DNA of 62,904 nt, counting the filler, from Octopus bimaculoides (Eukaryota), in NCBI RefSeq assembly GCF_001194135.2. It is 6 parts of 5 records of this genome, joined end to end, with 100 filler letters (N's around TTAATTAATTAA, not from the genome) between each part and the next. Parts side by side here need not be neighbours in the genome. Positions count along the whole stretch, not along the records: positions 16,059 to 47,261 come from NC_068983.1; 5 more parts are not named here. One strand, written 5' to 3'. This document shows positions 24,275 through 37,689 of the stretch, one piece after another (the first letter of the stretch is position 1; each line of letters opens with the position of its first letter). The notes beneath the pieces are model-generated. The model was given only the letters and a program-made list of their open reading frames with translations. It searched no databases and had not been told where the DNA came from. The translations under genes and the position numbers were made by a program.

Positions 24275-26265
24275 CCATGCACACACATAAAGAGAGTCAG
24301 AGAGAGAGAGAAAAGGGAGAGAGCGGGAGGAGGTAGATTCAGTGGTTTCTTTGAATTTAACTTTTTATCATAAATAAAAACAAATACAAAATACAAATAA
24401 GTAAAATAAAATATAAATAAATAAGAAATACTTCAAACACTGAATTAATAATCTGATATCGATTTATCGGATTTCATTAGAAAAAAATTAACACTCAAGA
24501 AAGATGAATACGATAATAATAATAACAAAAATTTGTACCTAGTATAAAAAATAAACACCGAAGTTTACTACTTTCTTTTCTCAGCTCAATGTTCTTCTCA
24601 GTTTTGATCCTAGCAATATCATACAATAATACTGCTGGACGAGGCAGCAAGCTGGCAGAAATGTTGACACGCTGGGCGAAATGCTTAGCAGTATTTCGTT
24701 TGTCTTATTGCTTATAAGCCTAGTACTTATTTTATCGGTTTTATTTATTCTATCTGACAGAGTTTCCACAGCTGGATGCCCTTTCTAACGCCAACCACTC
24801 CGAGAGTGTAGTGGGTGCTTTTACGTGCAACCGGTATGAGGGCCAGTCACACAGTACTGGCAACAGCCTCACTCAAAATGGTGTTTTTTATGTGCCACCT
24901 GCATGGGGGCCAGTCCAGCAGCACTGGCAATGACCTCGCTTGAACACATACATATTCACTCACACACATACACATGTATACTTATTCCAGGCTTCTGTGC
25001 AGTTTTTGCTGGTTAGTCAAGGGCCGTGGTTAAAACTATTTCAAAAAGATTCCACACAAAGGGACTGAAAACAGAACCAAACCATGTAGTTGATATACAA
25101 ACTTCTAAATGACACAGCCATACCAATGCATGTTGTTAATTTGTTTAAGAAAAGAATAGGCTTAAAATTCCCCAGAACTCACTAGTTTAGGTAGATGATA
25201 TAATTTACCAGCTTTCTTCATAATTAGCAGAGAAACAAAGATGTAACCTCTCAAAGATACTCATTGAAACTGTAATGAAATGGCACACTTCTGTTCATGT
25301 TGCATCTCCTAAGCATTGAACATTTTATGCCAATTTTGTCAATGAAATCTTTACACTGAAATATAAGAAAATGGAAAGAAATTATTTATGACACATGGTG
25401 GTTTATATATTATGCAGTTTTTTATTTTTTATATTTCACAAATAAATCCATAGAGATTTGGAATAAACTTTTCAAAAGTACATGAAATTTCTGTAGGCAA
25501 CTAAAATATTTGCTGTAGTTAGGTTATTGAATAGACATAAAATTGGATGCCCCAGTTGCAGCATTCTTTGACAATTCAGCAGGTAATAAAAAGCAATATT
25601 TTTCATCAGTTCTTTTTAAAATATTGATTTTATTTTTTTTTTTTCCCAAAACATTTTTTTATTGTGTGTTTTATTTAGTGCCATGCTTCTTCTGAAACAA
25701 TATAAAGATTTAAAAAAGAAATAAAATATTTTAACCTGAAGTAATGAAAAAATATTTGAAGTATTAAACAACCAGCACTTTTGGACAAATATTTTTGAGC
25801 AAATGTATGCTAATGTAATTAGATTAATATATACTGAAGAAGTTACAGAAAAGCACTCCAACTTTACATAAATCAGTTCTTAGGGAGGAGAAATAATATC
25901 AAGAATGTTCTCCAGGAAAAATGAAAGGGAAGTTCTTTTTCTGCACAGTGTGTCAGTCTAACAAAGCATGTGTGCATTCAGTCACTTTGAAGAATTTTGT
26001 GTTTAACCATACATCACAACGAGGTCATAATAAATTGTTTTACAAAAGGGTTCATATTATTTTCAATATCTGTACAGCATTAGTGTGAAAAGGGTTTACC
26101 CTTTAACCCTTTTGACACCAAAATGCTTGAGACCAAGTCTAGCTCAATAAATTAGAGGTGATCAAAAACACCTCTTGTTTCAATGTAATATTATTCAAAT
26201 GAAAAAATATATTACAGCTTTATTTTTGAACCTTAAAACCATCTCAGTAATGTTAAAATGAGATC

Positions 26266-26612
26266 ATCATCATCGTATAACGTCCGCCTTCCATGCTAGC
26301 ATGGGTTGGACGATTTGACTGAGGACTGGCGAATCAGATGGCTGCACCAGGCTCCAATCTGATCTGGCAGAGTTTCTACAGCTGGATGCCCTTTCTAACA
26401 CCAACCAATCCGAGAGTGTAGTGGGTGCTTTTACATGCCACCTGCACGTAAGCCAGACAGCCAGAACTGGAAACGGCCATGCTCAAAATGATGTTTTTTA
26501 CGTGCCACCTGCACGGGAGTCAGTCCAGCAGCACTGGCAATGACCTCGCTAGAATGTTTTTTCACGTGCCATTGGCACAAGTGCCAGTAAAGCGACGCTG
26601 GTAACGACTATG
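26266..26612 (-). mobile_element. SINE-like family D copy
   Basis: Reverse complement of the 18962-19325 family. Confidence 0.7.
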
Positions 26613-26699
26613 CTCAATTCACTTAATTCTTTCAAGATTCTCTGATTGTCCATTCTTTCATTTTGTATATATCTTTCTATGCTGGTTTAAACTAGTTCA

Positions 26700-27250
26700 A
26701 TCTGGTTAAGCCTTTCACTCCCTATGGAGTATAGGCCATTGGTTAATATCTTTTCCACTGTTCTCAATTCTGAGCTATCTTTTCTGCTTCTCTCCAGTTG
26801 AATACCTGCTGTTTTATCTCTGCCTCAGTATCCCATCTCCAGTTATTTTTAGAGCATCCTCACTTCTGCCTCCCTTGTAACTTTTTTTCCCCAAGGGAAG
26901 GTATTCCTCTGCTATGTCTTGTTAGGCTTGAATTATCAGTGACACTTCTGTAATTGCTCTTTTCTGGGTAAGGATGTTGATCCTATGCAGAGCCATTCTC
27001 ACCTCTGGGAAGAGGTGGTCCATGTAAAACTGGCTCCTATCCTTTTCTAATGTCCAGCATGGGCCCCTATAGCGATCTTTCACTCCACTGGTCTGGGTCT
27101 TAGAGTCATTGAGACACACAAGCCACCAAAGTGAAGTAGGACTGGACCTTAAAATGATGGTACAGGCTGGGTAGATACTTATTTGAGGCAGAAATTTGAA
27201 GCTGGTTGGTCTTCCTGTCACCAACCCTTAACTCCTTTTTCCATAAAACA
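26700..27250 (-). mobile_element. 3' fragment of an RTE-clade LINE
   Basis: NNWRWDTEAEIKQQVFNWREAEKIAQN*EQWKR...GLYSIG resembles the RTE C-terminus (GRPxxTW...W.E....AQDR..W). Confidence 0.6.
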
Positions 27251-29732
27251 TCTAAACTGCAAGGCTATAGGATGCAATTATTCATTTAGAATATAAAAAC
27301 AACAATATTTTTAGTTCATGCAGTCTCATGTAAAAAAGTGGAAATGAGAATTTAACATATGCACATGTGGGAACAAGCCTGCACACATGCCATCACCACC
27401 AATACCACCATCATCATCATTATCCTCATTATCATCATCATTTAACATGTTTTCCATGTTGGCATGGGTTGTATAGTTCAATAGCATCTGATAAGTCAGA
27501 AGACTATGATGCTCCAGGGTCTACATTGGCATAGTTTCGACAGCTTGAAGCTCTTCCTAATACTACCTCAAGGTACCAGCACTAGTGAGGTAACCATATA
27601 ACTAGCAACACCAAAGATAAGCCTTGAATCAGTGAGAGCAAAGTAGAGAGGGAGCTGGATTTATGTTATGTGTTAAGAAATTAAGGTATGGAAGGACAGG
27701 AAAAAGTTTTTATGTTGTAGAGAAGATGCAAAGCTACCATGTATTATATAAGAGGGGGTGAGATTAATTGTCAGTGGATGGAAATAAGCAGGGAAAGAAA
27801 GATAAAGATAACAGTGACAGTGTCAGAGTGTGTTACAAGAAAAGGATTAGAAGAGACTGTGAGGACAGAATATCAGGAAAGATGAATGTATGGAGAAAGT
27901 GAGGGATAGTTAGAGATAACGGTAGACAGTGGGGGAGGGGGGTGAATGCAGTGAAAGAGGAGCAAGGGTAGAGGGATAGTTAATAATAAATATGGGCTCA
28001 AGGAAAGGTAGAGGAGTGGAGATGGTGACTGGCAGCATGGAAAATCTTCCATAGTGATTTTGAGTACCAGTTCTTTTCATAAGGCATTGGCCGGCCTAAG
28101 GTTATAACAGAGGACACTTGTCCAAGGTGCCATACAGACAAACTGAATATGAGAGATTGTAATGCCAACGTCTTAACCACACAGCTATTGATTGAAATAT
28201 CTAAGCAGTTTATTTCCATTAGAAATATGTTAACAATATATTTAATCTAAACACTTCAGATAAAAACAAAATATATCTGGTTTACAGCACTTCAATAACC
28301 ATACAAGCAAGCAAATATATTTGGAAATCATAAGAGAGTCTGTCGATTCAAAGTTATGCTTAAGTATTTCTACTTGTTTCTTTACTGTTGTAGGTCTAAA
28401 CCAAGTTGTTGTTGTTGTTGTTAGCTTCACAACATCAACCCTGATTGAGCAGAACTATAATCAAAAATATTTCAGAAGACAGCATTTCATCTTTTTAGGA
28501 GTGTCTGGAATTACGTTTATTTCCTATGTCCTTCTATCTTATCAGATGTCAGGATGTCATGTTTAGGTGTTTTGCTGCTAACTTTAGCGGCTCAAGCTGT
28601 TGTGTGGGACTCTCACTTGTAGACATGATCACTAATTCACAAGCATCCATTTGTTATGGTAGTAGTAACTTGTGCTCTTTGTTCAAAATCTGACTCTTGT
28701 GCTATAAAATGTAACTCATAAACCCAGAGTCTCCTAAAGTGGGTCCTTGCAAAGTGAGGTCTTACTGTACAAAAAGAAGTAGATAAATTCATGAGTGGCT
28801 GTGTGGTAAGTAGTTTGCTTCCCCCTTTAAAGAAATAATATTTACAAATCTTGAAGGTTTGAGGAGATGAAATCCTAAACATTATTTATCATAAAACTAT
28901 GAAGTCTTGAGAAGATCTAATCTGTGCAGTCTGCAAGAGATTAGGGAAGAAGAAGAATGAGACATGCAGGTCATGATTTCCAACAACCAGAAGCATGAAC
29001 ACCCAAGATAGCTTCTATCTGATCAAAGACTTTTCACCTTTGATCAATGGATATCACAAGAAGAATAAAGGATAAGAGGAAGATTTAAGACAGGGGCTCT
29101 CTATGGACCTCTTTGATTGCTATTTTATTCTGGTGGATCCCCATAGTCACTTGAAGTCTAAAAATTAGTTTTATAGAGACTTTCAAAATTCTTATCTTGA
29201 TATATCCGAAATTGCACACTCTGAGGACATGACACTCACTTTCCAAGAGGATCTCAAGCAAGTTAACATCATCTAGGAAGATGCAGATGACGATGGTCAA
29301 ATCTGTCAAATCCAAGATGATTTGAAGTGCTTTCAGTCCAATATACTGGCCAACTGTATCAGAAGCAGTATGACTAAAACTAGGACATCATAAAACTAAT
29401 ATATTAATTCTTAATCATGTTCAAAATTAGTTATGAAGTGTATCAGCAAATCTATCATTAGGATGTACTAGTAAGACTTTGAATTCATGCTGATTGGTCA
29501 AAAGTGTTATATCTTTCCTAGGATTACTATAATGTTAAATGCCTGAACCCTTTTCAAACCAATTTACCTGAGGTCACCGTTGCTTATATGATACAAACCT
29601 TCTGTTTTAAAGGGATCTAAATTAAAACCTTCCATCACAATTTGATGCTAATTTATGTCCCAAAAACCAGCTTAATAACAACAAAGTCATTTTTACTAAA
29701 TGCTTCATTGTTTTCAGTATTCATTGCAGTAT

Positions 29733-30175
29733 AAGCAGTGAGCTGGCAGAACCATTAGCAAAACAGGTGAAATGTTTCGTGGTATTTCTTCTGTCTTTCT
29801 GTCTTGAGGTTGACTTTACCTTTGATCCTGTCAGGGTCGATAAATTAAGTACCAATTGTGTATTGGAGTTGATCTAATTCACTGACCTTCTCCCCTAAAA
29901 TTTCAGGCTTTGTGCTTAGAGTAGAAAAGAATATTATTTGCAGCATAAGCAGTCAACTGGCAGAACCATTAGCATGCCAGGTAAAATAATTATTGGTATT
30001 CCGTCTCTCTTTATGTTCTGAGTTCAAATTTTGCTGAGGTCAGCTTTGCGTTTCGTTCCTCTGGAATCAGAATAATAATTATCAGTTCAACACTGGGGTT
30101 GATGTAATCAACTTACACCCCTACCCCTCGAAATTGCTGGTGTTGTGCCAAAACTTGAAACTAATATTAATTGAA
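29733..30175 (+). mobile_element. Two consecutive SINE family A copies
   Basis: Two head-body-tail units, starting at about 29733 and 29945. Confidence 0.75.
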
Positions 30176-30305
30176 ACAAAGAGTATTTTCCAACAGATAT
30201 ATGGTAAGAAAAGGGTGAAAGATGCAATTTTTAAAACCAAATTTAAGTATTCATACAAATTCAGCTAAGTTCCTAGTATAAAGAGCTTTAATAATGATTT
30301 CCAAT

Positions 30306-30645
30306 TACCGTATTTGATGGCTTATAAGACACATAAATGCATAGGACACACCCTAGCCTAGGCTATACTTTTGTAAAATAAATTACCACTAAAATAATGT
30401 TTAATTCCTCCACTTACCTGTATAACTTTGTTATTACCAGTAAATATAAGCAATTTATTGCATCCACATTCGATATAGACATATTATAGGTGATTGTTCA
30501 CCAATAGATGGCAGCACATGTTTTATAAACATACATACCGTTTTGAGCGAATTTTGAGCCTACATTGAGTGCATTGGACACAGGGGGATTTTTAAAGCCA
30601 TTTTTGGGTAAAAAAGGTGTTTCTTGGAGGCTGTCAAATATGGTA
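30306..30645. mobile_element. Tc1/mariner-superfamily (Tc2/pogo-like) MITE
   Basis: Imperfect TIRs taccgtatttgatggcttataagacac and gtgtttcttggaggctgtcaaatatggta, with TA at both ends. Confidence 0.65.
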
Positions 30646-33065
30646 TGTATTACACTAGTAATATTGAGAGGAGGGGTTTCAATGAAACTATTGATACCCA
30701 GTACTCTACTGGTACTTTATTTTATCATCATCATCATCATCATCATCGTTAAATGTCCGCTTTCCATGCTAGCATGGGTTAGACAATTTGACTGAGGACT
30801 GGTGAACCAGGTGGCTACACCAGGCTAAAAAAAAATGAATGATAACATTGACATTGGCCGGATTTGATCTCAGAATATAAAGAATTGGAATAAATAACAA
30901 CATGAAGCAATTTTTCCAATGCCCTAACAGTTCTTGCAGCCCACAGCCTGAAAGATTTTTTTTTTGTTAATGCAAAGATAAAAAGACTCAGGTACCTATA
31001 GCCAAAACGATATATCACTATAAGCTGGCATGAGAGTGTCTGCAGAGTCACTTGACCCACAAGAAATAGTAGTCAACTCATCTTTGAATCATATCATGCC
31101 AAACTTAAAGTAAAGCAAAACACATCGGATGACGAAGTCCTTGATATACTTAATAATTAGATGATCAGAGGTGAAAAGTCTTTGATCACAGAACTCTTTG
31201 AACAGAACTGATGTTAGTGTTAAACAACGATAATAACATAATTCAAAATGATCGATGTCAAATACCATACACCCTCACAAGCACGAAGTAAATAATATTT
31301 AATGTTATATTAGAACAGCAATCAAAGGCAGTTGGAATATAGCTGTAGATCTTTCATCTGTTTTACTGGTATGATTTATTACAAGTTTGCAAAAGGCTGA
31401 GTTTTACTTCCAATAATTTAGAACATTAATTTATGTTGGTGTGGATTTTACATGAATAATAAATGACAGTGATTTTAATAACAAATATATAATTTCTCTC
31501 AGGAATAAATATTACACCGTTCCTAATATCTTTATCCATTTACTTTCAATAAGGAAAAAATAAATAGGCAGCAAGCTGGCTGGATGTTTACCATATCAGA
31601 CAAAAAGCTAAGTGGCATCTCTTTCAGATCTTGGCAATTTAAGTTCAAATGCTACTGAGGCCTGCTTTGCCTTTCATCGTTTAGAAGGTTGATAAAGTAC
31701 GTGCTGAGTACTGGGGTTGATGTAAACAGCATCCTGCTTCTTTCAAAAGAATGTGTAGTGGCTAGCGATCTATCATGGTGAATTGCTAGCCACTACACAT
31801 TCTCCATTTTCTCTCCTTGTTTCTTTCTGTGTTCCTTTCTGTGGAAGAGCATAGGCTCAAAAAGTTAAAGACTTTTTCACTTCCTGAGCGTTAAACTAAT
31901 ACATCTGTTTGTTGTCTACACTACCTATTTTTTTGTTTTTTTCTCTCTCTATATATATATATATATAAAGTTTCCTGTTCCATTCATGTAAGATCAGAAA
32001 AAAAAGTATGCCATCCGGTGAGAGATAAATATAATTTAATGCATAGAGTATAAAATTATGAGCTCCTAGTAATTTCTTGCTGAAGAGACACCCATCTAGG
32101 CATGTTTTTAAAATACATCGTGTCTCTAAGTAATTTTGAAGCTTGGAGATTCATGGCATATTTTAAAAACCTGTCAAGACATGTTTCCACAGCAAGAAAC
32201 TATTAGTAGCTTGTATCTTTATACTGAGTGCATAATATGTGTGTGTATCTTTGTGTGTGTGTGTGTGTGTTTACGTGTGTGTATGTATGAGGGTTAAGAG
32301 TGTGTTTTTGGTGAAGATGCTTGCTTCCCAACTACATCATTTAGGGTTCAGTTCTGCTGTGTGGTACCTTAAATTGATGAAAGCCTTGTGAGTGGATTTG
32401 GTAAATTGACTATAATACAAGCCCATCAAATATACGTTTATTATGAATCAACATCATTCAACATCTGTTTTCTATTCTAGCATGTGTACATATATATGTA
32501 TGTATATATGTGTGCATATGTCTTGATATCACATGATAGTTACAAATGAGCAGCACCATGATATAAGTAATGTCCTTCATTTCCAATTTTCCCTTAAAAC
32601 ATGTCTGGCCAAGTGAACATAACTACCTGACTTGAAAAGAGGTTGGTGTTTGCAACAAGAAGGGCGTCCGACCATAGAAAATCTGCCTCATCAAATTCCA
32701 TGGGATCCAGAGCAACATAGAAAAGTGGATATCAAAAGAGAAACAGATGACAGTTGCTAACAGGGTGGACAGCTGAACTCAAAAACACCTCTGCATCAAT
32801 AGATTCCTTCAGATCCTTGTAAGCATGGAAAAGCAGATATTAAAATAATAATGATGAAAATGTGGACAACAAGATAATTGGTTTATTCCTCTTTATGCCA
32901 TTTTTTGCATATTTTCATCGCCACTTTATTTAAATGTTATTAGTAAAAAAAAAACTGGACGAGCTGGAAATAAAGAAAACAAGCACACATACACACACAA
33001 ATAACAGTTGTTTAGAGTCTCAATGTATCTAGAATAAATACTAAATACCATTTCGCTTATCTTAC

Positions 33066-33084
33066 TTGAGAGAATATATTATCT
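33066..33084 (-). other. Candidate 19-nt micro-exon (AGATAATATATTCTCTCAA)
   Basis: ggatattttcag|19 nt|gtaaga. Confidence 0.25.
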
Positions 33085-33227
33085 CTGAAAATATCCAATT
33101 GTATTTTCTCTGTCAATTTTATTCCATTCATTCAGATGATAAGATTGGTTTAAGGATATAAAGAGATAAGATATCTTCACTGATATGATATGAAAAGGCA
33201 TGTTCTGGTCATCCTCATCCTCCTTCC

Positions 33228-33260
<33 letters not shown>

Positions 33261-33419
33261 TATCATTGTTATTATTATTGTAGCTGTCATCATCATCATC
33301 ATCACTATCTCCCACCACAATGACTACCACAACTATGGTCACTGCTATCACTGCTGTTGACACCAGCATTATTGTCAACATCATTCATGTTTCCATAGTC
33401 AGGTTTAGTTTACTATTTA

Positions 33420-33820
33420 CTACTATTTACTATTTTACTCCTTTCAGTCATTTGACTGCGGCCATGCTGGAGCACTGCCTTTAGTCGAGCAAATCGACCC
33501 CAGGACTTATTCTTTTTAAGCCTGGTACTTATTCTATCGGATCTATTTTGCTGAACCGCTAAGTTACATGGACGTAAACACACCAGCATTAGTTGTCAAG
33601 AGATGGACAAACACAGACATATAAACACAAACACAGACACACAAACACAAACACACATACATACATACATGCATATATATACATATATACAACAGGTTTC
33701 TTTCAGTTTCCATCTACCAAATCCACTCACAAGGCTTGTGAGTGGATTTGCTATGCAGTGGGACTGATCCTGGAACCATGTGGTTGGTAGCAAGCTACTT
33801 AACACACAGCCACTCCTGTG
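33420..33820 (-). mobile_element. Composite SINE copy
   Basis: Same module order as 45866-46260, on the minus strand. Confidence 0.75.
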
Positions 33821-34044
33821 CTTATGTTTTTATAAATTATATATATATATAAATTATAGTAACATGGAAATGATTTAGTATGCTATTTTAGCAAGGTTAT
33901 ATGCAAACAAAATGGATCTAAAGATCTCTTTGCAGATATTTAGGAAAATAGACTAGCGTATTTGATAAAATGTTAATGGATATGCAATGAAAAATTTCAT
34001 ATTAATTGAGCTAGCCATAATGTATTCATATATTTCAACACACA

Positions 34045-34084
<40 letters not shown>

Positions 34085-34119
34085 CACAAATATATATACA
34101 TATGTATTTATGCATATAT

Positions 34120-34167
<48 letters not shown>

Positions 34168-34639
34168 ATGTATATATATATGCATATGTTTGTGTTTACA
34201 CAGATGTATACGTATGTATGTATATATGTGTGTATATATACAAACATATATAAATATATATTTATATATATATGTATAAATATGTGTGTGTTTGTGTGTA
34301 TGTGTGTGGTGGTGGTGGGTGAGAGCACAAGTATTGATTATATCATTCAAAATATTAATGCTAATGTATTTTTGCAATTGTATTCAATGTATTTAATGTG
34401 TTCTTCGCAAATTATATATAAATCTGCATCCAGAACAGCCAGCCTATCTGTAGCTTGTTAATCAGTTGTATCTACTTGACACACATGAAGACAGAACAAC
34501 TGTTGACAACATAAGTGGCAGAGAGATTAAATAAAACAGCACAAAAACAAAAAAAAAAATATCAGCAATGACATCAACAATGACAACAAGAATAAAAACT
34601 CGCTCGGTTGTATTCATAAATCAAAATGTAAAAACTTAC

Positions 34640-34647
34640 TCGTAATA
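34640..34647 (-). other. Candidate 8-nt micro-exon (TATTACGA)
   Basis: ttttcatttctctgttttattctttgtttgccattag|8 nt|gtaagt: a long T-rich pyrimidine tract plus a consensus donor. Confidence 0.35.
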
Positions 34648-37630
34648 CTAATGGCAAACAAAGAATAAAACAGAGAAATGAAAATTAATATCTAAATGTT
34701 AGACTGCAATGATTTTAAATGGCCCCCAAAATCGATATTTCAGAAATGATAGTATTAGACTTCCGAGTTGGTCACAATTAGGAGACACTGGTATTTTAGG
34801 AATTTAAATCTAAATCAATTTATCAGATACGTTAATTTATTTCATGCTAAATGCTTCCACTTCTATAGTTACAAATCATTGGAATAACATTTATATAGCC
34901 ATATTAAAAACTGTTATGTCCATCCTAGTATCTGCTTCTGTTAGTCATATTCTTAACAAATTTATTATGAATCTGGAAATAATGTTTCACCAGATTAATA
35001 GAAATGTGCAAGATCTAAAGATACTTAAAGAAAACTGTTAATGTGTAGTGTTGAGAGTGGTCTTAGGCACAGGCATAGATGCATGGTTAAGAAGCTTGTT
35101 TTGCAGCCATGTGTTTTTAGGTTCAGTTCCTCTTCACAGCACCTTGGGCATGCGACTTCCTTCTTGTGAGTGACCATCCAATGCCTTGTGATTGAAGTTG
35201 GTAGATGGAAAATGTGTAGAAATCTATTGCATATATCATCATCACCCTCATCCTCATCATCGTTTAACGTCCACTTTCTATGCTGGTATGGGTTGGATGG
35301 TTTGACTGAGGGCTGGCAAGCTGGGAGGCTGCACCAGGCTCCAATCTGATCTAGCAAGGTTTCTTCAGCTGGATGCCTTTCCTAACGCCAACCAATCCGA
35401 GAGTGTAGTGGGTGCTTTTTTTGTGCCACCAGCATGGGCACCAGTCAGGCGGCACTGGCATTGACCACACTTCAATGGTGCTTTTTATGTGCCACTGGCA
35501 GAGGAGAATTCTTTGGGGTTTGAATAATTTACCTTCAGGAACATGGGTGTGTAATTCAACATCCTTAAAAAGCCCTTATTCAGGGATCTTTTGAATGGGT
35601 TCGGCTTCTCGAACTGAAGAAAATTCTGAGCCCCACCTGCAAAGTCATGCACTGTTAGTCTTGATATGAGATCACTGTGTTGCGCACATATGGTTGTGAT
35701 GCATGTGCCTGGTATACCCTTATTAGACGGGTAGTCATGATGGGTACAATGGGCTTCGTATATTTTACCCCAGTGTCACTTTGATGGCATGCACTGCTCT
35801 CTCACCCAATAATAGCAACAATAGTAATGCCATGTAGTGGGATTGAACCCAAATAAAACTTGCCAAAAGCTTAATTTTTGTTCCCCGAGAAGGGTAAAAG
35901 ATATAGTTGATCCCAGCCAGATCAAAAATTTTCTCTTGTGACTTAATGATTCTGCCAGTTAACATCTTAATTATTTCTAACAAGGTATAAGACCTCAGAT
36001 ATGGCAGAACGAGCTTAGTAAATTAAATCAAACCCCTAACATTTGACCGTTACTCTTTTACTCTTTTATTTGTTTCAGTCATTTGACTGCAGCCATGCTG
36101 GAGCATTGCCTTTAGTCGAACAAATCAACTCCAAGACTTATTCTTTGTAAGCCTAGTACTTATTCTATTGGACTTTGTTATGGCAATGTATGCACACCAA
36201 CATCGGTTGTCAAACACAGACACACAAGCAAATACATACATATATATACATATATATCGTTAAAAAATATCGTCATAGGTATAAATATACCATAAACAAT
36301 TATAGAAAAATGGAGGAGAAAAAGATGTTGAATCAAAATTAGATTTAATATAGGATTCAATACATGCATGCATTTCAAAGGACAATACAAAAATGTAAGA
36401 AAAAATTATAACCATAGTAATTATAATTAAATTTATGCATTGTCATTTTCATCAGTGTGAGGAATTTTTGTAAGAACATCAAAAAAGGTTTAATAAAATA
36501 AGGTAAATTAAAATAAGATACAATAAGGGAGAATACAAATGGGGTAATAGGGAAAAATCGATATTTACAAGCAAGTTATAAAAGGGGAAAAATAACAGTA
36601 ATAATATTAGTAAGGGAGACGAAGGAGAAAAANNNNNNNNNNNNNNNNNNNNNNNNNNNNNNNNNNNNNNNNNNNNNNNNNNNNNNNNNNNNNNNNNNNN
36701 NNNNNNNNNNNNNNNNNNNNNNNNNNNNNNNNNNNNNNNNNNNNNNNNNNNNNNNNNNNNNNNNNNNNNNNNNNNNNNNNNNNNNNNNNNNNNNNNNNNN
36801 NNNNNNNNNNNNNNNNNNNNNNNNNNNNNNNNNNNNNNNNNNNNNNNNNNNNNNNNNNNNNNNNNNNNNNNNNNNNNNNNNNNNNNNNNNNNNNNNNNNN
36901 NNNNNNNNNNNNNNNNNNNNNNNNNNNNNNNNNNNNNNNNNNNNNNNNNNNNNNNNNNNNNNNNNNNNNNNNNNNNNNNNNNNNNNNNNNNNNNNNNNNN
37001 NNNNNNNNNNNNNNNNNNNNNNNNNNNNNNNNNNNNNNNTATATATATATATATATATATGATCGGCTTCTTTCTACCAAATCCACTCAGAAGGCTTTGA
37101 TCAGCCTGTGGCTACAGTTGAAGACACTTGCCCAAGGTGGCACACAGTAGGACTGAACCTGGAGGCATGTGGTTGGAATGCAAGCTACTTACCACATAGC
37201 CACTTCAACAACTTTGCAAAGATTAAAAGTATGTTTGATTTCAGCTGGATTTGAACTTAGAATGTAATGGTATGCGACTGATATTGCAAAGTGGTTTTCC
37301 TAACATATTAATTATTCTGCCAATACATCCACTGTAATTGTTACTAATTGACTAATGGAATGAGAAGACCTGGTCCAGCTGTTTGGATGCAGACAATTGG
37401 ACATAGCTGACTGGATGCTCAACCTGTTTTGGCAACAGGATGTTTTGGCTCAGGAGACATACACACATACACACACACACAAGCAGACTCGCACACAAGC
37501 ACACATATATAAGCATATGTGTGCAGCAATATACACATTCAAACAGAAAGAGAGAGAGAGAGAGACAGAGAGAGTGAAGGAAAAGGAGAAAGAGAATTCA
37601 ATTTATGAACTGAATAGGGTTGACACTTAC

Positions 37631-37646
37631 CCTCTCTCCATATTCA
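37631..37646 (-). other. Candidate 16-nt micro-exon (TGAATATGGAGAGAGG)
   Basis: gcatatttttcctttaag|16 nt|gtaagtgtc on the talin strand. Confidence 0.3.
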
Positions 37647-37689
37647 CTTAAAGGAAAAATATGCTTCAAATGCATAAGCACAGAGAAGG

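Noticed and set aside
25740-26040. BED-finger/hAT-like peptides (FFCTVCQ...H; LNNQHFWTNI)
   Set aside because: The resemblance is weak, the domain order is inconsistent, there are stops, and no TIRs were seen.
30490-30642. Plus-strand exon-like segment with gtatgt donor, and a CAG|gtaagt donor near 30415
   Set aside because: All frames from the acceptor contain stops, and the segment lies inside a TIR-bounded MITE.
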